This document shows, in pieces, positions 9,293 through 22,332 of a stretch of 64,000 nucleotides of DNA. Source of the stretch: Nannocystis bainbridge (GTDB taxonomy: Bacteria; Myxococcota_A; Polyangia; Nannocystales; Nannocystaceae); assembly GCF_028368995.1 (NCBI RefSeq), contig NZ_JAQNDL010000001.1, positions 3,584,001 through 3,648,000 on the forward strand, written 5' to 3'. Under the pieces are notes generated by a model. It was not told where the DNA came from. It was given only the letters and a program-made list of their open reading frames with translations, and made no database searches. Within the stretch, counting starts at the first letter, position 1, and each line of letters starts with the position of its first letter. The position numbers and the translations under genes were made by a program.

Positions 9293-10144
9293 TCACTGGT
9301 AGATGAAGTCGACGCGGCGGTCTTCCTTCATGCTGCCGTCGTCGGTCCCGGTCGCCTCGAGGTCGCCCTTGGACACGACGGTCATGCGCGAGGGGTCGAC
9401 GCCGAGGTTCTGCAGGAACTCCTTGACCGTCACGCCGCGCTTGTCGGTGAGCATGATGTTGTACTCCTCGGTGCCGCGCGAGTCGGCGTGCGCCTCGAGG
9501 ATGAGCTGGGCCTGGTTGCTCTGCAGGCAGGCCGCGAGCGCCTTGAGCTTCTCCTGGTCGGCCGGCTCGGGGTTCGGGTTGTCGAACCCGAAGTAGATCT
9601 TCGGGACATCCGGGCACGGGTTGGTGCCGCCGCCCATGCTGCCCGAGAACTCGCAGGCGCCCGCGTTGCAGATCTCGTCCATCGCGCACTGGTCGTCGGT
9701 CTGGCAGCCGCCCGAGCCGCCCGAGCCCTGCGAGTTGCAGCGGCCGGAGCCGATGTCGCACGTGCCGGGCTGGCAGTCGAAGTCCTCCGAGCAGGCCGCG
9801 CACGCGCCGGCCTTGCACACGAGGCCGTTGGTGCACTCGATCGTCTGCTGGCACGGCGCGCCCACGCCCTCGCCGCCGCCGGTGCCGGCCAGCGCCGGGT
9901 CCTGGCAGCGGAAATCGGAGCACTTCCACGCCGTCCCGTTCGGCCCCTTGGTGGCGCAATCGGCGTCGGTCTTGCAGTTCTGGCACTGCTTGTCGACGCA
10001 CTTCTCGTCGAGGTCGACGTTGCAGTGCTTGTCCTTCTTGCAGGCCGGGTAGACCGGCGGCTTGCAGGCAGCGCTGCCGAGCGCGACAAAGCCCAAACCG
10101 AGAGCGAGCAGGTGGGGTTGGATGCGGGAGAACATGGCGCGCAT
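9293..10144 (-). CDS. OmpA/Pal-family lipoprotein with N-terminal Cys-rich repeats
   Basis: Lipobox SAAC; IYFGFD...EAHADSRGTEEYNIML...VSKG...DRRVDF OmpA_C domain; CxxDxxC repeats. Confidence 0.88.
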   Translation of the reverse strand: MRAMFSRIQPHLLALGLGFVALGSAACKPPVYPACKKDKHCNVDLDEKCVDKQCQNCKTDADCATKGPNGTAWKCSDFRCQDPALAGTGGGEGVGAPCQQTIECTNGLVCKAGACAACSEDFDCQPGTCDIGSGRCNSQGSGGSGGCQTDDQCAMDEICNAGACEFSGSMGGGTNPCPDVPKIYFGFDNPNPEPADQEKLKALAACLQSNQAQLILEAHADSRGTEEYNIMLTDKRGVTVKEFLQNLGVDPSRMTVVSKGDLEATGTDDGSMKEDRRVDFIYQ

Positions 10145-10208
10145 GAGGGGCGACTCCGGGGAGGCAGTGTTTCTCGAGGCCGAGGGGCCGGGGAGACAAG
10201 GTTCAGGG

Positions 10209-10258
10209 CGAAGGCCGTGAAGCGAGTGGCCGAAGGCCGTGAAGCGAGTGGCCGAAGG
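10209..10258. repeat. 22-bp tandem repeat (2.3 copies) upstream of the Pal-like gene
   Basis: cgaaggccgtgaagcgagtggc x2 plus cgaagg. Confidence 0.8.
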
Positions 10259-10610
10259 GCCGGGGGGAAAGCGTGTGGGCCAAAGGGCCGTGGAGAGCGA
10301 GAGGCCAGGGAGCTCTGGCGTGGACGGAGGCCGGAGGCAAACTGTCGTGCGGGGGTCCGGGAAGCAAATTTCCGGCGAAACTTCCGTCTGGCGGGCCAAG
10401 GGATACCGAGCGGTGCGAGGGGTGTCAACCGCACGGGCGGGCGACCCGGCGCCGGACCGAGCCGCGGGGGCCAGGGCCCCGGTGGGCCTCGCCGCCGGTT
10501 CGCAGAGGCCGCACCGGGCGGCCGCAGAGGTCGCCTGCATGCGGCCGGGCCGGCCAGGTCACGCCCCCCCGGCTTTTGCTTCGGGGCCGCGTCTGGCATG
10601 GTTCGCGGCG

Positions 10611-10922
10611 ATGGTCGCCAAGGTCAGCCCCGCCGCCTCGGACAACAAGACGATGTTCGAGATCTACCGCGAGTCCGACTATAATCGCGCGTTTCATTTC
10701 GTCTTCTTCACCGACCTCGACGAGCACAACCGGGGCAAAGAGATCGCCCGCGCAGCGGCCGGAGAGACGGTGTTCCACGGGTTCGTCGCCGACGAGCGCA
10801 AGGATGCCGCCCGCGCCGAGATCGAGGCGATCGTCGACGAGCTCAACGCGATGGACGAGGACACCGCCGGCATGCCGGAGGCCGATATCCGGCGCCGACT
10901 CGGCCAATTCCTGGTCCCCTGA
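10611..10922 (+). CDS. Small hypothetical protein
   Basis: MVAKVSPAASDNKTMFEIYRESDYNRAFHFVFFTDLDEHN; good coding bias; first gene of the run leading to murA. Confidence 0.75.
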   Translation: MVAKVSPAASDNKTMFEIYRESDYNRAFHFVFFTDLDEHNRGKEIARAAAGETVFHGFVADERKDAARAEIEAIVDELNAMDEDTAGMPEADIRRRLGQFLVP

Positions 10923-10926
10923 GCCC

Positions 10927-11943
10927 ATGCGCTCGCGCCTGCTCCACCGCGTCGGCCTCCGCGCGCTGCCCGCGAGCCTCGCCGCCCTCGCCTGCGCCCC
11001 TGTCGACGACGCAATCCCCGTCGACCTGTCCGCCGACTACGACGGCCTGGTGTTGACCGACGCCCCCAGCGCCGTGGCCCACCTGGCCTGGCACGCGCCC
11101 CGCGCGGACTGCCCCCTCGCCTACCGCGTCCGCATCGACGAGACCTTCCCGCCCGGCCTGGCCGAGTTCCTCCACGCCCAGCCGGAGCGCAGCGAGTCGC
11201 TGCTGGTGCTCGGCTGGGGCGTGCAGTCCACGGCTGACCGAGAGAACATGACCGAAGGGCAAGGTTCGCAAGGACCTGTCCCCAAGGGCAGGCCGTTCGT
11301 CGGCCAATTGACGTACCGCGGGCCCAAGTCGGCCGGCCGCGAGCTGCTGCGCGAGTGGGCCGCCTCGGCCGAGTTGGTCGGCCCGGGCTCGCCCGACGCG
11401 GCCTGCTACGAGCGCACGTGGGACCCGGTCGAGGACGCGCTGGCGCTGGGGTTCCCGCAGCTGCCGGGCCGCCACACCCGCGTCGGCGAGGTCTGGCGCG
11501 GCGCCCGGGTCGAGGGCCGCTGCAACCGCTCGGCCTGCGTCGACCCCGAGAGCGGCGCCGGCGGGGCCGCGGCCCACGAGCGCCCGTGCGCGACGATGTC
11601 GTGGCGCGAGCGCCTGGTCGGCCTCTACGCGCTGGCCGGCGCCGGCGGCGAGGTCACCACGGTGGCCCAGATCGCCGGGTTTTGGAGCGACGGCCAGCCG
11701 CTCGACAAGGGCGTGTGGAGCGAGCGGACCGTGCTGGTCGACGCCGACCACGGCCGCCCGCTGCGCGCCGAGGTGTTCGTCCACCACAACTTCACCGGGA
11801 TCGAGCGGCACGTCGTGATCGACGCGGTCGACACCTGTCCCGGAGGACTGGTCGCGGCCGGCTGGGCCGCACCACAGGCCGTCGTCGACGAGCGGGCCGC
11901 CCTCACGGCCGCGCTGGAACGCGCGACTCAACGCAAGCGTTAG
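10927..11943 (+). CDS. Hypothetical lipoprotein
   Basis: MRSRLL...ALAC lipobox; fills the gap before murA. Confidence 0.7.
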   Translation: MRSRLLHRVGLRALPASLAALACAPVDDAIPVDLSADYDGLVLTDAPSAVAHLAWHAPRADCPLAYRVRIDETFPPGLAEFLHAQPERSESLLVLGWGVQSTADRENMTEGQGSQGPVPKGRPFVGQLTYRGPKSAGRELLREWAASAELVGPGSPDAACYERTWDPVEDALALGFPQLPGRHTRVGEVWRGARVEGRCNRSACVDPESGAGGAAAHERPCATMSWRERLVGLYALAGAGGEVTTVAQIAGFWSDGQPLDKGVWSERTVLVDADHGRPLRAEVFVHHNFTGIERHVVIDAVDTCPGGLVAAGWAAPQAVVDERAALTAALERATQRKR

Positions 11944-11949
11944 GGGTCC

Positions 11950-13198
<1,249 letters not shown>

Positions 13199-13215
<17 letters not shown>

Positions 13216-13933
13216 CGGCCTCACCCTGGCCCTCCCCAAGGGCCGGATCCTCAAGCAGGCGCTACCGCTGCTGCGCCGGGTCGGGATCGACCTCACGGCC
13301 GCGTGGGAGGGCGAACACGACCGCCGGCTGCTGTTCGAGCTGCCGGCGGCCCGCGGCCTGGCCGGCGGCGTGCGCGTGCTCCTGGTCAAGCCGGTCGACG
13401 TGCCGACCTACGTCGAGCACGGGGTGGCCGACGTCGGCGTCGCCGGGGCCGACACCCTGGGCGAGGAGGCCCGCGACCTCTACGAGCCGCTGGACCTCGG
13501 CATCGGCGCCTGCCGGCTGGCGATCGCGGAGCCCGCCGCGCGCCCGACCCCGCTCCGCCGCGGCATGAGCCTCCGGGTGGCCACGAAGTACCCCCGCCTG
13601 ACCCTGAACCATTATCGCTCCAAGGGGGTCCAGCCGGAGATCATCCCCCTGTTCGGGTCGGTCGAGCTCGGGCCCATCACCGGCCTGTCGGACCAGATCG
13701 TCGATCTGGTGGAGAGCGGCGAGACGCTCCGGCAAAATAACTTGCGGGAGGTCGAGACCATCCTGTACGTGACAAGCCGGCTCATCGTGCACCCGGCCAG
13801 CCTCAAGCTCAAGCAGGCGCCCATCACCGCGCTCATCGCCGCCCTCCGTGACGCGCTCGCGACCGAAGGGTCCGCGTCCGCCGCTCGCAACGATTCGCCT
13901 GCTCGACCCACCGGGTCTGAAGGGACCGCATGA
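13199..13933 (+). CDS. hisG: ATP phosphoribosyltransferase, short form
   Basis: [49 protein letters not shown]; no C-terminal regulatory domain. Confidence 0.95.
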
Positions 13934-14637
13934 GCAAACCCGACGACCCAGCACTCGTCCGCGCCGCGGTGCTCCAGCGCCTCAAGGTCCACGTCCGCAT
14001 CGCCCAGCAGGGTCTGGCGCCGACGCCCGACCAGCGGCGCCGCCTGGCCGCCTCGCTGCCGGAGTTGGTCGCGTTCGGCGACCGCCGCTACGCCCAGTGC
14101 CACGCCGTGCTCGACTGGGACCACCGTTTGCCCAGCGACGCGGCGGTGCTGCGGCTTTATCTGTCGTACACCGACCGCGAGGCCGGCGCGATCGAGAGCG
14201 CCCTCAAGTCGCGCGACCGCGAGATCGACGCTGGCAACCTCTACCCCGAGTTCGACGTGCCGGACTACGCCGACGTCGACGCCAGCGAGTCGTACGTCGC
14301 GGTCCTGAAGCCAGGCACCCACGAGGTCGGCGACCTGCGGTTCTTCAGCGACTGGCGCAAGGGCGTCCACCAGTCGGTCGCCCGCGAGGCCGTCGCGGCC
14401 GTGCGCACCAGCCCCAGCTACGAGCGCTCGATGCGGGAGCGCAGCCACGACAACCTCGGCCCGCCGGTGGTGATCGGCTGGACCCCGCCGTGCCTGGCCC
14501 AGAGCAAGCACTGGGCGATCGAGGTGTGGCTGCTGGTCGACTTCGACGGCCACGTCGGCCGCGCCCACGTGTTCATGGTCGACAGCAAGTCGCACCTGGT
14601 CACCCGCGAGTACTTCACCGAGGTCCAGATCGGCTGA
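13930..14637 (+). CDS. Hypothetical protein
   Basis: ATGA overlap with the hisG stop; coding bias. Confidence 0.8.
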   Translation: MSKPDDPALVRAAVLQRLKVHVRIAQQGLAPTPDQRRRLAASLPELVAFGDRRYAQCHAVLDWDHRLPSDAAVLRLYLSYTDREAGAIESALKSRDREIDAGNLYPEFDVPDYADVDASESYVAVLKPGTHEVGDLRFFSDWRKGVHQSVAREAVAAVRTSPSYERSMRERSHDNLGPPVVIGWTPPCLAQSKHWAIEVWLLVDFDGHVGRAHVFMVDSKSHLVTREYFTEVQIG

Positions 14638-14643
14638 CCTCGG

Positions 14644-14706
14644 AGACATGTCCCCTCGGGCATGCCGCATCGAGCATGCCCTGGGGGACATGTCCGCCAG
14701 GACAGC
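14644..14706. repeat. 14-bp-period RRRCATGYYY array
   Basis: CATG at 14647, 14661, 14675, 14689; CAGC at 14703; fills the gap between convergent genes. Confidence 0.9.
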
Positions 14707-15186
14707 CTAGCTGTCCTGGATCTTGATCGTCCGGCAGCTCTCGCCGGCGATCTTCGGCATCTTGAGGGTCAGCACGCCCTTCTCGAGGTGGGCGTCGGCG
14801 GCGCTCGAGTCGACGTGGCACGGCAGCTCGACCCGGCGGATGAACGAGCCGAAGCTGCGCTCGTGGTAGAAGTAGTTCTCGTTGTCGTCGCGCAGCTCCT
14901 CGCGCTTCTCGCCGCGCAGGGTCAAGATGTTGCCCTCGACGCTGCACTCGACGTCCTTGCCGTCGAGGCCGGGGACCTCGGCGCGGACCATGATGCAGTC
15001 GCCGCAGTCGCTGACGCTGAGCATGGGGTAGTTGCCGACCTGTTCGAAGCCGAGCGGGAAGCGGCCGAACACGCGGTCGAACATGCGGTGCATGTCCTGC
15101 TGGAACGGCGACATCGGCGACGTCGGCGACGTCGGCGACATCAGGTTGCTGGCAGGTTGATTCTTCTTCCAGGGGAGCAGCGACAT
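14707..15186 (-). CDS. Small heat-shock protein (Hsp20/alpha-crystallin)
   Basis: VRAEVPG, LTLRGEK, ERSFGSFIRRVELP, GVLTLKMPK. Confidence 0.95.
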   Translation of the reverse strand: MSLLPWKKNQPASNLMSPTSPTSPMSPFQQDMHRMFDRVFGRFPLGFEQVGNYPMLSVSDCGDCIMVRAEVPGLDGKDVECSVEGNILTLRGEKREELRDDNENYFYHERSFGSFIRRVELPCHVDSSAADAHLEKGVLTLKMPKIAGESCRTIKIQDS

Positions 15187-15273
15187 GATCATCTCCTCAG
15201 CGCGGAGAACCATGGGCCGGACCCTCTCGCCCGCAAACGCAAAAATTTTGCGCGTGCGGGCCGAACTAAGCCG

Positions 15274-16539
15274 TCAGCGACCGACCACGCGGCCGCCGTG
15301 GACCACCGCGTCGATGAGCGGCGAGCCGGCGTGATAGACGAGGTCGCGGAAGTCGCCGGTCGCCAGCAGCACCAGATCGCCGGCCAGCCCGACCTCGACG
15401 CGGCCGCGCTCGCCGTGCAGGCCGAGCGAGGCCGCCGCGTTGTGGGTCGTCGCCGTCAGCGCCTCGGCGGGCGACAGCCGGTTGCCGTAGCAGGCCAGCG
15501 CCAGCACCGTCGACAGCGACTCGAGCGCGCACGAGCCCGGGTTGCAGTCGGTCGCCACCGCCACCGCCACGCCCGCCTTCACCAGCGCGCGCCCGTCGGC
15601 GAAGCCCTTGCCGAGCACCAGCGAGGTGCCGGGCAGCAGCGTCGCCACCACCCCGGCGTCACGCAGCGCCGCCCGCTCGACGTCGTCGAGGTGCAGCAGG
15701 TGGTCGGCCGAGCGGGCCCCGAACTCGGCCGCCAGCAGCGCCCCGCCGGTGTGGCCGAACTCGTTTGCGTGCAGGCGGATCGGCAGGCCCAGCGCGCGGG
15801 CGCGGAGCAAGATCTGCCGCGTCTCCTCGGGCGTGAACGCCCCGCGGTCGCAGAACACGTCGCAGAAGTCGGCCAGCCCCGCCGCCACGACCGCCGGCAG
15901 CACCTCGTCGCCGACCCGGCGCACGAACTCCTGCCGCCCCTCCGGCCGGTCGCGCAGCTCGGCCGGCAGCGCGTGCGCGGCCAGGCAGGTGGTGACCACG
16001 CGAACACCTGTCTCTTCAGCCAGGCGCCGCGCGACCCGCAGCTGGCGCAGCTCGGTCTCGAGGTCGAGCCCGTAGCCGCTCTTGATCTCGACCGCGGTGG
16101 TGCCGGCCCGGACCATGCGCCGCAGCCGGGTCGCGCTCTCGGCCAGCAGCGTGTCCTCGTCGCGCTCGCGAGTCTTGCGCACGCTGGAAAGAATCCCGCC
16201 GCCGGCGGCGAAGATCGCCTCGTAGTCGGCGCCGGCCAGCCGCATCTCGAGCTCGTCCTTGCGATCGCCGCCCCACACCAGGTGCGTGTGGCTGTCGACC
16301 AGCCCCGGCAGCAGCGCGCGCCCGCGGCAGTCGAGCTCGACGGCGCCGGCCGGAACCCGCTCGGGCTTCAGCTCGGCGTCGGGCCCGGCCCAGGCGATCG
16401 TCCCGGCGCGCACGACCACGCTCCAGCCCTCGCGCACGCCGAGCGCGGCCATCTCGGCGCCGGCGCGCGGCCTGTCCTTCGGGCCATCCGCGAGCGTGTA
16501 CACCCGCGCCGCCGCGCGCAGCAGCAGGTCGCCGCTCAT
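15274..16539 (-). CDS. hutI: Imidazolonepropionase
   Basis: [39 protein letters not shown]; ATGA-coupled to hutU. Confidence 0.95.
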   Translation of the reverse strand: MSGDLLLRAAARVYTLADGPKDRPRAGAEMAALGVREGWSVVVRAGTIAWAGPDAELKPERVPAGAVELDCRGRALLPGLVDSHTHLVWGGDRKDELEMRLAGADYEAIFAAGGGILSSVRKTRERDEDTLLAESATRLRRMVRAGTTAVEIKSGYGLDLETELRQLRVARRLAEETGVRVVTTCLAAHALPAELRDRPEGRQEFVRRVGDEVLPAVVAAGLADFCDVFCDRGAFTPEETRQILLRARALGLPIRLHANEFGHTGGALLAAEFGARSADHLLHLDDVERAALRDAGVVATLLPGTSLVLGKGFADGRALVKAGVAVAVATDCNPGSCALESLSTVLALACYGNRLSPAEALTATTHNAAASLGLHGERGRVEVGLAGDLVLLATGDFRDLVYHAGSPLIDAVVHGGRVVGR

Positions 16540-18206
16540 CGCCCGTCCTCGAAGGTCGTGCGGCCGGGCACGCGCACGTCGTGCTCGCGGGCGAACTGGA
16601 GCGCCTCGTCGTAGCCGGCGTCGACGTGGCGGACCACGCCCATGCCCGGGTCGGTGGTCAGCACCCGCTGCAGCCGCCGCTCGGCGCTCGCGGTGCCGTC
16701 GGCGACCACGACCATGCCCGCGTGCAGGCTGTAGCCCATGCCGACGCCGCCGCCGTGGTGCACGCTGACCCACGTCGCGCCGGCGGCGACGTTGATCATC
16801 GCGTTGAGGATCGGCCAGTCGCCGATCGCGTCGGAGCCGTCCTTCATGCCCTCGGTCTCGCGGTTGGGCGAGGCCACGCTGCCGCAGTCGAGGTGGTCGC
16901 GGCCGATCACGATCGGCGCCTTGACCTTGCCGGTGCGCACCAGCTCGTTGAAAAGCAGCCCCGCCCGCTCGCGCTCGCCGTAGCCGAGCCAGCAGATCCG
17001 CGCCGGCAGGCCCTGGAACTTGACCTGCGCGCGCGCCAGCTCGATCCACCGCCGCAGCCCGGCGTTGTCGGGGAACAGCTCCAGCACCGCACGGTCGGTC
17101 ACCGCGATGTCCTCCGGGTCGCCCGACAGCGCCGCCCAGCGGAACGGGCCCTTGCCCTCGCAGAACAGCGGGCGGATGTACAGCGGCACGAAGCCCTTGA
17201 TCTCGAACGCGTCGTCGACCCCGGCGCGGACCGCCTGGGCGCGGATGTTGTTGCCGTAGTCGAACGCGATCGCGCCCCTGTCCTGCATCGCCCGCATCGC
17301 CGCCACGTGGCGGCCCATCGCGTCGACGCTGCGGCGCACGTACTCCTCGGGGTCGCTGCGGCGCAGCTCGTCGGCTGCCTCGAGGGACATGTCGTCGGGG
17401 ACATATCCGTGAAGCTCGTCGTGGGCCGAGGTCTGGTCGGTGACGACGTCGGGGATCACCCCGCGGCGGACCAGCTCCGGCAGCACGGTGGCGCAGTTGC
17501 CGAGCAGACCGACCGACAGCGGCTCTTTGGCCTTGCGGGCGGCGTCGAGCCAGCGCAGCGCCTCGTCGAGGTCGGTCGTGCTGCGCATCAGATACTTGTG
17601 CTGCAGCCGGCGCTCGATGCGTTGCGGGTCGACGTCGACGCACAGGATCGCCGCGCCGTTCATGGTCGCCGCCAGTGGCTGGGCCCCGCCCATCCCGCCG
17701 AGCCCGCCGGTGACCACCAGTCGCCCGCGCAGATCGCCGCCGAAGTGGGTCTGCCCGCACGCCGCGAACGTCTCGAACGTGCCTTGAAGGATCCCCTGCG
17801 TGCCGATGTAGATCCAGCTACCGGCCGTCATCTGCCCGTACATCGTCAGCCCGAGCGCGCTCAGCCGCTCGTGCTCCGCCAGCGTCGCCCACTTCGGCAC
17901 CAGCAGGCTGTTGGCCAGCAACACCCGCGGCGCGTCCTCATGGGTTTTAAAGATCGCCTGGGCCCGACCGCTCTGGACCAGCAGGGTCTCGTCGGCCTCG
18001 AGGCTCCTCAGGCTGGCGACGATCCGGTGGTAGTCGGGCCACGAGCGGGCCGCCTTGCCGGTGCCGCCGTAGACCACCAGGTCTTGCGGGCGCTCTGCCA
18101 CCTCGGGGTCGAGGTTGTTCATCAACATGCGCAGGGCGGCCTCCTGCGGCCAACCCTTGCACGACAGCGCGGTGCCGCGCGGCGCGCGGATCTCGGGGGC
18201 GTTCAT
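16536..18206 (-). CDS. hutU: Urocanate hydratase
   Basis: [39 protein letters not shown]. Confidence 0.98.
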   Translation of the reverse strand: MNAPEIRAPRGTALSCKGWPQEAALRMLMNNLDPEVAERPQDLVVYGGTGKAARSWPDYHRIVASLRSLEADETLLVQSGRAQAIFKTHEDAPRVLLANSLLVPKWATLAEHERLSALGLTMYGQMTAGSWIYIGTQGILQGTFETFAACGQTHFGGDLRGRLVVTGGLGGMGGAQPLAATMNGAAILCVDVDPQRIERRLQHKYLMRSTTDLDEALRWLDAARKAKEPLSVGLLGNCATVLPELVRRGVIPDVVTDQTSAHDELHGYVPDDMSLEAADELRRSDPEEYVRRSVDAMGRHVAAMRAMQDRGAIAFDYGNNIRAQAVRAGVDDAFEIKGFVPLYIRPLFCEGKGPFRWAALSGDPEDIAVTDRAVLELFPDNAGLRRWIELARAQVKFQGLPARICWLGYGERERAGLLFNELVRTGKVKAPIVIGRDHLDCGSVASPNRETEGMKDGSDAIGDWPILNAMINVAAGATWVSVHHGGGVGMGYSLHAGMVVVADGTASAERRLQRVLTTDPGMGVVRHVDAGYDEALQFAREHDVRVPGRTTFEDGR

Positions 18207-18301
18207 GGTGCCCGAGGGTAGCAAGCCCACGCCGCCCCGGCGGCCCGCGCGGGCGTGACTTTGTCGGCGGCACGGCCTGCGCAGGCCGTGCCCGCCCGGC
18301 C

Positions 18302-19567
18302 TCAGCCCGGGTTGCAGAAATACAGGGCCTGGACCTTGCCTGTCTCTTTGAGCATGTCGCAGGCCGCGCCGCACAGCGTGACCTCGGTGTGCGGCACGCT
18401 CCACACGTAGCCGTCCTCGGCGCAGCTGGCGACCTCGGGCACCGGCTGGCCGTCGATCCACACCTCGAACAGCTCCGGCTCACTCGGGGCCGGGTCGACC
18501 GCGATCACGCACGACAGCGTGTCCTTCACGATCTGCTGGATCGCCGCCTGCAGCTCGTTCTGATTGGCGGTCTGGTAGAAGGGCTCGGGGCCGGGCTTGG
18601 GCTTGCCGCCGGCGAGCGCGAGGGTCGACAGTTGCTCGCTGGTGGAGGGGTCGACGTCGATGCCGACCACGTAGGTCGGGATGCCGAAGTCATTGAAGGT
18701 CTCCTCGACGGCGGCCTGGGCCTCGAGGAAGTTCTCGCCCTGGCAGGTGTCGGAGATCTCGCCGTCGGCGACGAGGATGGCGAACCGCTGCAAGCCCGGA
18801 TCGAGGGTCTTGAGGTACTCGTAGCCGCGCTTCAGGCCGGTCTCCATCGGCGTGCCGCCGAGCACCGCGAAGCCGGCCGCCGGGATGCCGGCCAGCACCG
18901 CGGCCGCGTTCATCGCCGCGATCGGGACCTCGACGCCCGGGGTGACCTCGCAGGCGCCGACGTTCACGAACGAGCCGGCGTCGATCTTCGGGTACAGCTT
19001 CACGCCGAAGTGAACCTCCTCGTCGAAGGTCGTCACCACGCCTTCGACGACCTGGTGGAGGCTGGTCCAGCGGGTCACCTCGGCGGTCTGCGGCTTGGCG
19101 TCGTGGTCCCACTTCTCCATCGACATCGAGCCCGACTTGTCGAGGATCAGCAGCACGCTCGGCGGCACTGGCACGACCTCGGTCTCCTCGCTGTCGCAAG
19201 GGATCTTGTCGGGCATGGTGGTGCCGACGCTGGTGCCGCTCGGGTCGCCGGTGGTGGTGGTCGTCGTCGAGGTGCCGGGCTCGGTCGTCGAGGTCGTCGG
19301 CTCCGGGCCGGTGGTCGGCACGACCGGGCCGGTGGTCGTGCCGGAACCGCTGGCGGTCCCGTCCGTCTCTGTCTCTTCGGACATGGTCGAAGAGACAGTC
19401 TCGCCGCCGGTCGGATCGGTGGCCGCGCCGGTGGTGGCGGTGGTCGGCTGGTTGCCGACGGACAGGCCGGAGCTGCTCCCGTTGGAGTCGCCACAGGCGA
19501 GGGGTACGCTCACGAGCGGGAGCAGGAGCGCGAACGCGCGGGCGTTCGAGAGGGCGATCGGCGTCAT
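18302..19567 (-). CDS. vWA-domain lipoprotein with Thr-rich linker
   Basis: Lipobox PLAC; Thr/Ser/Gly-rich stalk; MIDAS LDKSGSM; GGTP; LVADG. Confidence 0.88.
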   Translation of the reverse strand: MTPIALSNARAFALLLPLVSVPLACGDSNGSSSGLSVGNQPTTATTGAATDPTGGETVSSTMSEETETDGTASGSGTTTGPVVPTTGPEPTTSTTEPGTSTTTTTTGDPSGTSVGTTMPDKIPCDSEETEVVPVPPSVLLILDKSGSMSMEKWDHDAKPQTAEVTRWTSLHQVVEGVVTTFDEEVHFGVKLYPKIDAGSFVNVGACEVTPGVEVPIAAMNAAAVLAGIPAAGFAVLGGTPMETGLKRGYEYLKTLDPGLQRFAILVADGEISDTCQGENFLEAQAAVEETFNDFGIPTYVVGIDVDPSTSEQLSTLALAGGKPKPGPEPFYQTANQNELQAAIQQIVKDTLSCVIAVDPAPSEPELFEVWIDGQPVPEVASCAEDGYVWSVPHTEVTLCGAACDMLKETGKVQALYFCNPG

Positions 19568-19706
19568 GGGCAACCTCCGGGCGGACTCATCATGCGCGAT
19601 AGCGTGACGCTCGGCCACGCCGTTCGCGGGCCTCCAGCACACGCGGCGAGGCCGCGGCGCGGACCCGCGCGTGCGCCGGGGTCCGGGGTCCGATAAGGTG
19701 GTCGGC

Positions 19707-22256
19707 ATGTTGCGGTCGCCGCTCCGCCGCGCCTTCGCGGCGCTCTCGCTCGCCATCCCGCTCGGGTGCACCGACGACACCACCACGACCCTGGCGAGCG
19801 CCAGCGAGGTCACCAGCACGGGGATCGGCACCGACGGCACCGCGACCGACACGGACGGCCCGGTCCCCACCACCGGCGTCGGCACCACGACCACCGGCCC
19901 CGACCCGACCACCGGCCCGGTCCCCACCACCGGCGAGCCGCCGACGACCAGCACCACCGACGCGTCGACCACCACCGGCCCGTTCCCCACCATCAACCAG
20001 CCGCCGGTCGCCCTGGTCGATCACTACGTCACAAAGGCCAAGCAGGCGCTCTCGGTCAGCGCCGCCGAGGGCCTGCTCGCCAACGACTACGACGTCGACG
20101 GCGACCCGCTCACCCTCGTGTCCGCCGACCCGATCACCCCCGGCGGCGCCATGAACACCGCCTTCGTCGACGGCGGCTTCAACTACATGCCGCCCGCCAA
20201 GCTGTGGGGCAGCGACACCTTCCTCTACAAGATCTGGGACGGCAAGGACGGGTTCGCCCAGGCCCCCGCGCGCATCGAAGTGCGCCCGACCTCGATCGAC
20301 CTCGAGTACGTCGCCGACGGCATCGGCGGGTTCGCCATCGACGGCCAGGCGCCGGGCCACTACTCCGGGCGCAGCGTGCACGCCGTCGGCGACCTCGACG
20401 GCGACGGCCTCGCCGAGGTCGCGGTGGCCGCCCGCAACGCCGACGGCAACACCGGCCGCGTCTACGTCGTGCGCGGCAAGGTCGCCGGCGAGTCGGTCGC
20501 GCTCGGCAAGCTCGAGGCGCAGCAGCGCGGCTTCATCATCTATGGCGAGCTGCCCGGTGATTTCGCCGGCACCACGATCGCCGCCGCCGGCGACGTCGAC
20601 GGCGACGGCTTCGCCGACCTGGTGATCGGCGCACCGAAGGCCTCGACCAACGGCACCTCGTCGGGCTCGGCCTACGTGGTGTTCGGCAAGGACAACCTCG
20701 ACGCGGTCTATCTCGATGCGATCGCCTCGGGCGTCGGCGGGTTTGCGATCCTCGGCGAAAAGGCCGGCGACGGGGCCGGGCGCAGCGTCGCCGGCGCGGG
20801 CGACGTCGACGGCGACGGGCTCGCCGACCTCGTCATCGGCGCGTACGGAGCCGACCCCGGCGGCTCGTTCTCCGGCGCGGCCTACGTGGTGTTCGGCCAC
20901 GGCGAGGACAAGCCGACCCTGCTGGCCGACATCAGCGCCGGCGTCGGCGGCGGCTTCGCCATCAACGGCGAGGTCAGCCTCGATTTCGCCGGCTTCGCGG
21001 TCAGCGGCGCCGGCGACGTCGACGGCGATGGCCTCTCGGACATCCTCGTCGGCGCCTACGGCCACGACACCGCGGGCGACAGCGCCGGCCGCACGTACGT
21101 CGTCTACGGCAAGCCCGACCCGCAGGCGGTGCTTCTGACCGACGTCGCCGCCGGTCAGGGCGGGCGCGTGTTCGACGGCGCGAACGCCTACGACAAGTCG
21201 GGCTTCGCGGTCGCGGGCCTCGGCGACGTCGACGGCGACGGCTTCGCCGACCTGGCGATCGGCGCCCCGCTGGCCGACGCCGGCGGCGAGGACAGCGGCC
21301 GCGCCTACGTCGTGTTCGGCGGGCCCGACCTGGTCTCCGGCGCGCTGCCGGACCTCGCCAAGAGCCCGACCGGCTTCACGCTCGCGGGCGTGCAGGGCCG
21401 CGACTACGCCGGCACCTCGGTCGAGCGCGCCGGCGACGTCGACGGCGATGGCCACGACGACGTGCTGGTCGGCGCCCCCGGCTCCAACCCGCACGGCGGC
21501 GACTCCGGCCGCGGCTACGTGGTGTTCGGCGGGCCCGAGGTGCAGAGCACCTCGCTGGCGTGGCTCGAGAACGGCGACGGCGGGTTCTCGCTGGCCGGCG
21601 AGGCGACCGAGGACTACTGCGGGTTTTCGGTCGCGCCCGCCGGCGACGTCAACGGCGACGGCCACGCCGACGTGATCGTCGGCGCCCGCGGCAACGACGG
21701 CAAGGGCGAGGACGCCGGCCGCAGCTACGTGGTGTTCGGCGGCAACTTCAGCGGCGCCTCTCACATGTCCTACGGGCCAGGTCCGGAGAACATCGCCGGC
21801 ACGCCCGCGGGCGAGTCGCTGATCGCCGGCCGCGGCAACGACGTCATCGCGGTCGAGGGCCCCGACGTGGTCTATGCCGGCGCCGGCGACGACGACCTCG
21901 ACTGCGCCGGGACCGATTTTGTCCGCCTCGACGGCGGCGCCGGCCGCGACACGCTGCGCCTCGCCGGCCAGGGCCTCTCCCTCGACCTCACGGTCCGCTC
22001 GGAGCTCGACGTGGTCGACATCGAGGTGGTCGACCTCGGCGACGGCAACACCCTGAAGCTCGAGTGGCGCGACCTCCGGGCCCTGTCCTCCCGCACCCAC
22101 GCGCTGACGGTCGACGGCCAGTCCGGCACCCTCACGGCCGACCTCGGCGGCGCCGGCTTCGTCGACGCCGGGGTCCAGAACGGCTACCAGGTCTACCAGA
22201 GCCCGACGTTCACCCTCCGGGTCGCGCCCGCGATCGCGTCGCAGGTCATCCTCTGA
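19707..22256 (+). CDS. Lipoprotein: Thr-rich linker, Ig/cadherin-like domain, 7 FG-GAP (integrin-alpha propeller) repeats, RTX-like tail
   Basis: Lipobox PLGC; LLANDYDVDGDPL; seven GD(V/L)(D/N)GDG..D repeats with G.AYVVFG; AGAGDD/GGAGRD. Confidence 0.92.
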   Translation: MLRSPLRRAFAALSLAIPLGCTDDTTTTLASASEVTSTGIGTDGTATDTDGPVPTTGVGTTTTGPDPTTGPVPTTGEPPTTSTTDASTTTGPFPTINQPPVALVDHYVTKAKQALSVSAAEGLLANDYDVDGDPLTLVSADPITPGGAMNTAFVDGGFNYMPPAKLWGSDTFLYKIWDGKDGFAQAPARIEVRPTSIDLEYVADGIGGFAIDGQAPGHYSGRSVHAVGDLDGDGLAEVAVAARNADGNTGRVYVVRGKVAGESVALGKLEAQQRGFIIYGELPGDFAGTTIAAAGDVDGDGFADLVIGAPKASTNGTSSGSAYVVFGKDNLDAVYLDAIASGVGGFAILGEKAGDGAGRSVAGAGDVDGDGLADLVIGAYGADPGGSFSGAAYVVFGHGEDKPTLLADISAGVGGGFAINGEVSLDFAGFAVSGAGDVDGDGLSDILVGAYGHDTAGDSAGRTYVVYGKPDPQAVLLTDVAAGQGGRVFDGANAYDKSGFAVAGLGDVDGDGFADLAIGAPLADAGGEDSGRAYVVFGGPDLVSGALPDLAKSPTGFTLAGVQGRDYAGTSVERAGDVDGDGHDDVLVGAPGSNPHGGDSGRGYVVFGGPEVQSTSLAWLENGDGGFSLAGEATEDYCGFSVAPAGDVNGDGHADVIVGARGNDGKGEDAGRSYVVFGGNFSGASHMSYGPGPENIAGTPAGESLIAGRGNDVIAVEGPDVVYAGAGDDDLDCAGTDFVRLDGGAGRDTLRLAGQGLSLDLTVRSELDVVDIEVVDLGDGNTLKLEWRDLRALSSRTHALTVDGQSGTLTADLGGAGFVDAGVQNGYQVYQSPTFTLRVAPAIASQVIL

Positions 22257-22267
22257 GGTGCACTCGA

Positions 22268-22332
22268 GAGCATGTCCCGAGGGGCATGCTCTGAGAGACA
22301 TGCCCTTCGGAGCATGCCCGAACAGACATATC
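22268..22332. repeat. 14-bp-period RRRCATGYYY array
   Basis: CATG at 22271, 22285, 22299, 22313; CATA at 22327. Confidence 0.9.
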
